In this document: positions 58,700 through 64,000 of the stretch, in pieces
Position numbering within the stretch: position 1 is the stretch's first letter
Layout: the number at the start of each line of letters is the position of its first letter
From: Tubiluchus corallicola
Lineage: Eukaryota; Animalia; Priapulida
DNA: 64,000 nucleotides
Assembly (NCBI GenBank): GCA_030141605.1
Contig: JAQGDQ010000353.1
Location: 73,787 to 137,786 of the forward strand
Direction: 5' to 3'
Position numbers and translations under genes: made by a program
Notes under the pieces: model-generated
What the model was told of the DNA's origin: nothing
Databases searched by the model: none
What the model saw: only the letters and a program-made list of their open reading frames with translations

Positions 58700-59800
58700 T
58701 TCATTGTTTTAGCAGTAAACGTGCAGAGAGATACCGCCGGGGGTCATACGTGATTAATGATTGTCCCCCCGGAGTTTCTATAATCACCAGAGACATTTAA
58801 AACCGTCATTTATAGGTTTGTCCCTAGCCCTGACAGCCGGGAACAATGGACAGGTAGCGAGCAACATTACCTGCCGATTTACTATCATTGTACATCGGCT
58901 ATCCCTATTACAGACTGTAGAGACTGTACAGGCATGCATGGATGATTCGCTGCCATGCTATTTCAAACGCATTATAGCCGTGGGTGAAAAAGCCAGGCTG
59001 TATAGAGAGCCACACAACGCTAACTGATCATCATCCAAACCCTTCCCAATAACTTCGACTCCTGGAACGGGAAACTTTTGCGAAGGAGGAACTCCGTCAG
59101 TCTGTCGACCGGGTAAACCTGGACTGAAACTAGTGCAGTACGAACAACTTGTGTAACAACAAGGTCAGGTCCGAGACCAGGACAGGTTTGGTCTACAATG
59201 AAACGGGCACAAACGGCAAAATCCAGTCACACGAGTTTTACTGGTTCTACGTCGAATATCACAACGCCGAGCGCAAGGTAACAACTTTTCTACCTTCTAT
59301 TATTATATGAATAACGGCGATTTATTTACTGGTGTCGACCCAGTTTTTGATCTGGGGGACTGGTCTTGGATGATTTTCTAGGACTGTAGATTTCTTGTAG
59401 TTTCTTATGTTTGCCTGTTGTTGTTGTTGTTGTTATCGCGATGGCACGTGTTTGTTTGCCAGTTGTAAACATCGGCTACTGTTATACTGTAGCACGTGGT
59501 TGTTGCTCTTTACTGGAAGGAAGAAACTCTGTTTTTTATTGAAAATTCTGTTTTTAATTTTGCGCTGTATCCACGTTTTATCTGATTTTGCAAAATGACG
59601 GCCTTGAGTTTCGGCCGCCATTTTGGGAGCAGCGTTCAGGTGATGCTGTGTTAAAATGTCAGCTAGGCCGTGAGAAAGTTCCCGGCAGCTGAGAGATGCT
59701 GCGGCGATGAGCTGCCGTGAATAGCAACAGGTGGTTGTGGAATAATGTCGTGCATTAATGATGCATCGGGGATAAATGAGATGCTGAGATTTTTTGCACA
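58700..59800 (+). promoter_or_regulatory. Candidate promoter/first-exon region of a second gene
   Basis: Repeat-free GC/CpG-richer island; ACA-ATG at 59198, donor AAG|gtaaca at 59277; YY1-type ccgccatttt at ~59614. Confidence 0.4.
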
Positions 59801-60076
59801 AAATCCGAGCTGAATAAACGGCAATTGCGCATAAATTAACATACTATTAATGAAAACTTTATAAGGATTTTTTAAAAGAGTATAAATTAACTTAACGCAG
59901 TTGTTGGTTGATGTTTACTAATATTAATAACATGATAAATATTGTGTTTAATTAACTAGATATAATAAACTTAGAATGTTTTTTAATTTAAATCCGTATT
60001 TGAGATCATATAAATTTTAAAATGGTTATAGGTATCTTACCTTTCATTGTTTTGGCAAAGTAATCATCTAGCCTTA

Positions 60077-60216
<140 letters not shown>

Positions 60217-62119
60217 ATCTTGAAGGAGGCCTTGTAATTGTAGACTATCACTCTCCCAACCCAGTGTTTGTCCAAGGTTCTTTTAAATACATTTCAATAT
60301 TAGATGCGCATACCACATCGTTAAGTAAACTATTCCATATTTTTGTGTGAAAAACGATTCACTCCTACGCTTTGTTAGATCTGAGCTTGTGTAACTTTAA
60401 CGAATGGTCTCTGTTGCTGAGCACCAGTAGTACAATTAATGCAGGATAAAGAGACTGCAGCAGAAAACGCTAATTTAAAATAAATGCACAACTTATTTTG
60501 GAAAACTAAGGATAAGTTTGTATGTTTTGGGCTTAATAAAGTTTATAGTGGCAATGCCAACGTTTTAGAATCATAAGATGTCTAATATCGCAATTCAGTT
60601 GTAAGAATTTGTGCTTTCTTAGCGTAGTTTAGCGAAATTTAGGCCTACGGGTGTTACATTCCTACATTTGATTACTGTATTGTCTGGCACAATCTCTTGG
60701 TGGGGAAACAATGATAAAATAGTTTAGATTTTTTTAGTAATTGTAATAGATAACATAACGAAACGTACTGCTGCTGCTGATAGCATTTGCAAAGTAACGT
60801 AAGTCTACCAAGAAAACATTATTACTAATAACATACTCTAACAACGTAACAGAAAATACTTTAAACTCGTTTTTACACGATTCCATCCGGAGATCTTATA
60901 CGCCGGCCTGGGCAAAAGCGGGTACCATTTTTAATGCCTTTGCCTTTAACTCACAAACTTTGATGTATAAAGTGTCGAAATGCACGTGTTTAATGCAAGG
61001 AAATCATATATTGTTTGTGGTATTGACTACTTATAATCTAATTTTGCTATACTTATGAAATTATTAAGGGTGAGAGTATGTAAATTTTTCACAATTTGCT
61101 GATAGCAAGTATTCGTACTGTATTATATTTCGGCGTAGAATATTTTGTCGTACTAATGATTACAGTAGTGATCATTTGATTTTTAACTAAATTTTAATTT
61201 AATTTTATTTTCTTACCTTTATTTTCTTTTATTGTTCATGACCGATAAGTTACTGTATAGTGTGAAAATGTGTATGTAAAATTATATATATATAATTTAA
61301 GAATAATTTATATATATATAATTTCACAATTGCTAGTTACATGGTGATATCGCTTACTCTACAATTTTAATATATAATTTATTACTATAATAATTTTATA
61401 GCTGTTTAGTTTTTCCGCCACCCTCCCCCTGAGCCTATATTTTGCCATCATAAATATGAAAATAATTGATTATTGTGTAAGAGAAAAATAAATAGTTAGC
61501 ATCTGAACTCGCGACCTTCAAGATTCAAACGAACGCGCTGTTTTTAAGCAGTTATTTAAGAGAACTCGAAGATAAAAGTGCATTTACGAAGTCTTAACAT
61601 TGCTGAGTTCGCTGAAGGACTTAAACTTCCTGTAACTGAAAGCATTGATAAATTAAAATGGAATACAAGCAGCATAGTCAGCAAAACTGCAATGGCTGCT
61701 GTGATCTTGCTCAGCTTCGTTATGCTATAGATAAATTAACGTAACAGTTATTCCTAAAGCGTTAAATATCCTAGTGTGAAATTTTCTGCACTGTCTAATA
61801 TCGTGTAGAGAAACCATGCATTTGAAATTTGCTCTTACGTGCTACAAACTTTTCAAAACTAACAGTGGCTCCATTTACTATTCGCTTAAAATATCAAACT
61901 AAATGTATAAGCATTTATTTCAATGATAGTTAGTAGATGGTTAGTTTCAATGATAAGCAAAGTTAGTAGAACTATTTTATTTTATATGCTAATATGATCC
62001 ACCTGTGATAAATTCTTGAATAGAATAATGAATGGACTGTAGATTTTATTATTTTCTGCTACCTAGTTTTTGTATTAATCATTGTATTTATAGACAATAA
62101 ACTATACTACTACCACTAC

Positions 62120-62415
62120 TAAAAATTTTCAAGAACTTCGAATGGGAAATGTCGATATTATGATTGCCTATCTGAAATAGTTAATACGTCGAGGGTTCTT
62201 TTATACGTTTGTTTGCTGTTAAGTCCTGCATTTTCTAATACAGGACTTTTCTGTTACGTAAGAATTACCTGTAAAGTGTTAAAAATTTGAAAGTCGAACT
62301 TCAAAACTTCGAATAAGAAGTGTCGATATTATGTGACTGCCTATCTAAAATAGTTAATGCATCTTTCGTATTTTTGTATTTGTTTGCTGCTAAGTCATGA
62401 ATTTTCTCATACAGG
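62120..62415. repeat. Diverged two-copy tandem duplication (~170-bp period)
   Basis: aacttcgaat...tgtcgatattatg...gcctatct.aaatagttaat...tttgtttgctg.taagtc...atacagg occurs twice. Confidence 0.75.
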
Positions 62416-63520
62416 TTTTAGTTTCATTAATAACTATGCGAAGCTTTTTTATGCATTTTTACAGCATTCTTGCAGCCTCTTTTATGTTTCTTTAACCTCT
62501 TTCACGTTTTTGCTGTGAATTTCTGTGGGTGGGCTGGCGTGACGCGAGTTTTGACCCTTTGCCTTCCGATATTATCATAGGCGGGAAGAATTAAAACTTT
62601 AAAAGGGAAGTTTCCAGATAATATTAGAATCGTACGAAGTTCTAAGAATAATTTATCAAAACCAAGATTATTTCTCAAGTTTTGACATTAAACGAATTTC
62701 TTTTAACGAAACTTTTAATAATTTTGCGCTTGATTTAAGTCAATGCAAGTTTGTTTACTGCTACTCTCTGACACTTTGCGGTTAGTTAAGGACTTGAGAT
62801 TTTTTAGAAGTGATGCACAGGTTGATCACCTCTTTTACCAGGAATGGGACTGTATACCCCGGGGCGCAGTTATCTACTGCCATGCTTGCACCTCTGCGGC
62901 CCCATATTCTCGGAGACGCCTTTTTGAATAACAATGTTTAAAGGTAGAATTATTCCCCGATTCAGGATGTGAGGTTCTGTACGTGAATACCATCCCGGGC
63001 TATTTGCGTGCATTCGACTGTGACTCGGCTGAGTGGCTGTCAGATTACGCGCTACTGTTTGGGTGAGGACGATGGAAAATTTGATAGGGGGTGGGTAGTT
63101 GGAGGAGCTCCTTTGGTGTCTTCTAAACGACGCATAGACGGGTTACTAGAGTTGTGTACGTTCAAAAATAGAAAGCAGCATCACTGGCCAAAATCACTGT
63201 AAGTGATCCATTTACCTGTGACTTTTTCACCTGGATTTGTTTCGTTCGAGAGAGACAAAAATTCGTGTTTTAGTTGTAATATCTGTAATATTGGTTGTAT
63301 TAGCTGTAATAATTGTGAAAAATTCGTGTTTCAGTTGTATTATCTTTCTGTGATTTTTTTCCAACGTCGCGCTTCTTCATTGTTTTAGCTGTTTTCTATT
63401 TACTATTTTTTAATTTTACCCTTTATTAATTTTTATATTAATTTAACCGTTAAAATTTTTTACTTTATCGTTATTGTAAATATACATGTAATCATATTGG
63501 TCGTAATGACAATAAAAACA

Positions 63521-63778
63521 CTACTACTGCTGCTGCTACTGCTACTACTGCTACTACTGCTGCTGCTGCTGCTACTACTTCTACTACTGCTGCTACTACT
63601 GCTACTACTGCTGCTGCTACTACTACTACTACTGCTGCTACTGCTGCTGCTGCTACTACTGCTGCTGCTGCTATTGCTGCTGCTGCTGCTACTGCAACAA
63701 CAACAGCAACAACAACAGATACTACAACAGCTACAACTACAGCTACAACTACAGCAACAACAGCTACTACTACTACTA
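63521..63778. repeat. (CTA/CTG)n and (CAA)n tract
   Basis: Directly visible. Confidence 0.95.
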
Positions 63779-64000
63779 TGAACGTTCGTGGACAATTAAG
63801 TTTTTGTGAAGGCAATGCAGGTATACAAATCCAGGTAAAAATTACAGACAAAAAATTCACAGAAAGAAGGCACAGGAAAAAGGTACGGGAAAAAAGAAAT
63901 AACCTTGAGTCTAATTCTAAAACTGTACATTCTTGTTGCTATGTTCTTTCTTCTGTGGTTTTTTACCTGTGACTTTTTTACCTGTGATTTCCTTACCTGT

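Noticed and set aside
62740-63240. GC-richer block as an exon or transposase fragment
   Set aside because: No motif recognised in the frames examined; adjacent ttacctgtga repeats suggest a transposon end but it could not be delimited.

Overview
AT-rich animal (probably invertebrate/arthropod-like) genomic DNA; no prokaryotic features and no CRISPR. The main gene is a + strand class B1 (secretin-family) GPCR of the calcitonin/CGRP/DH31-receptor type. I reconstructed ten phase-compatible GT-AG exons (12027-41667, about 420 codons, hormone-binding domain to stop); its N-terminal exon(s) were not found and probably lie upstream of the window. Introns and flanks are packed with often nested non-autonomous DNA transposons (Kolobok-, piggyBac-, hAT-, Tc1/mariner-, Harbinger- and ISL2EU-like), LINE remnants, tRNA-SINE fragments, minisatellites and microsatellites; these explain almost all entries in the ORF track. 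The standout is a full-length composite SINE at 24811-25361: a 120-nt 5S rRNA head, an RTE-LINE-derived body and a (CAA)n tail. Other points of interest: inverted MITE pairs bracketing receptor exons, a ~200-bp near-perfect intronic hairpin, same-strand bias of the commonest MITE, a possible soluble-ectodomain splice form, and a candidate promoter/first exon of a second gene near 58.7-59.8 kb. Family assignments come from termini and recalled motifs, not database searches.
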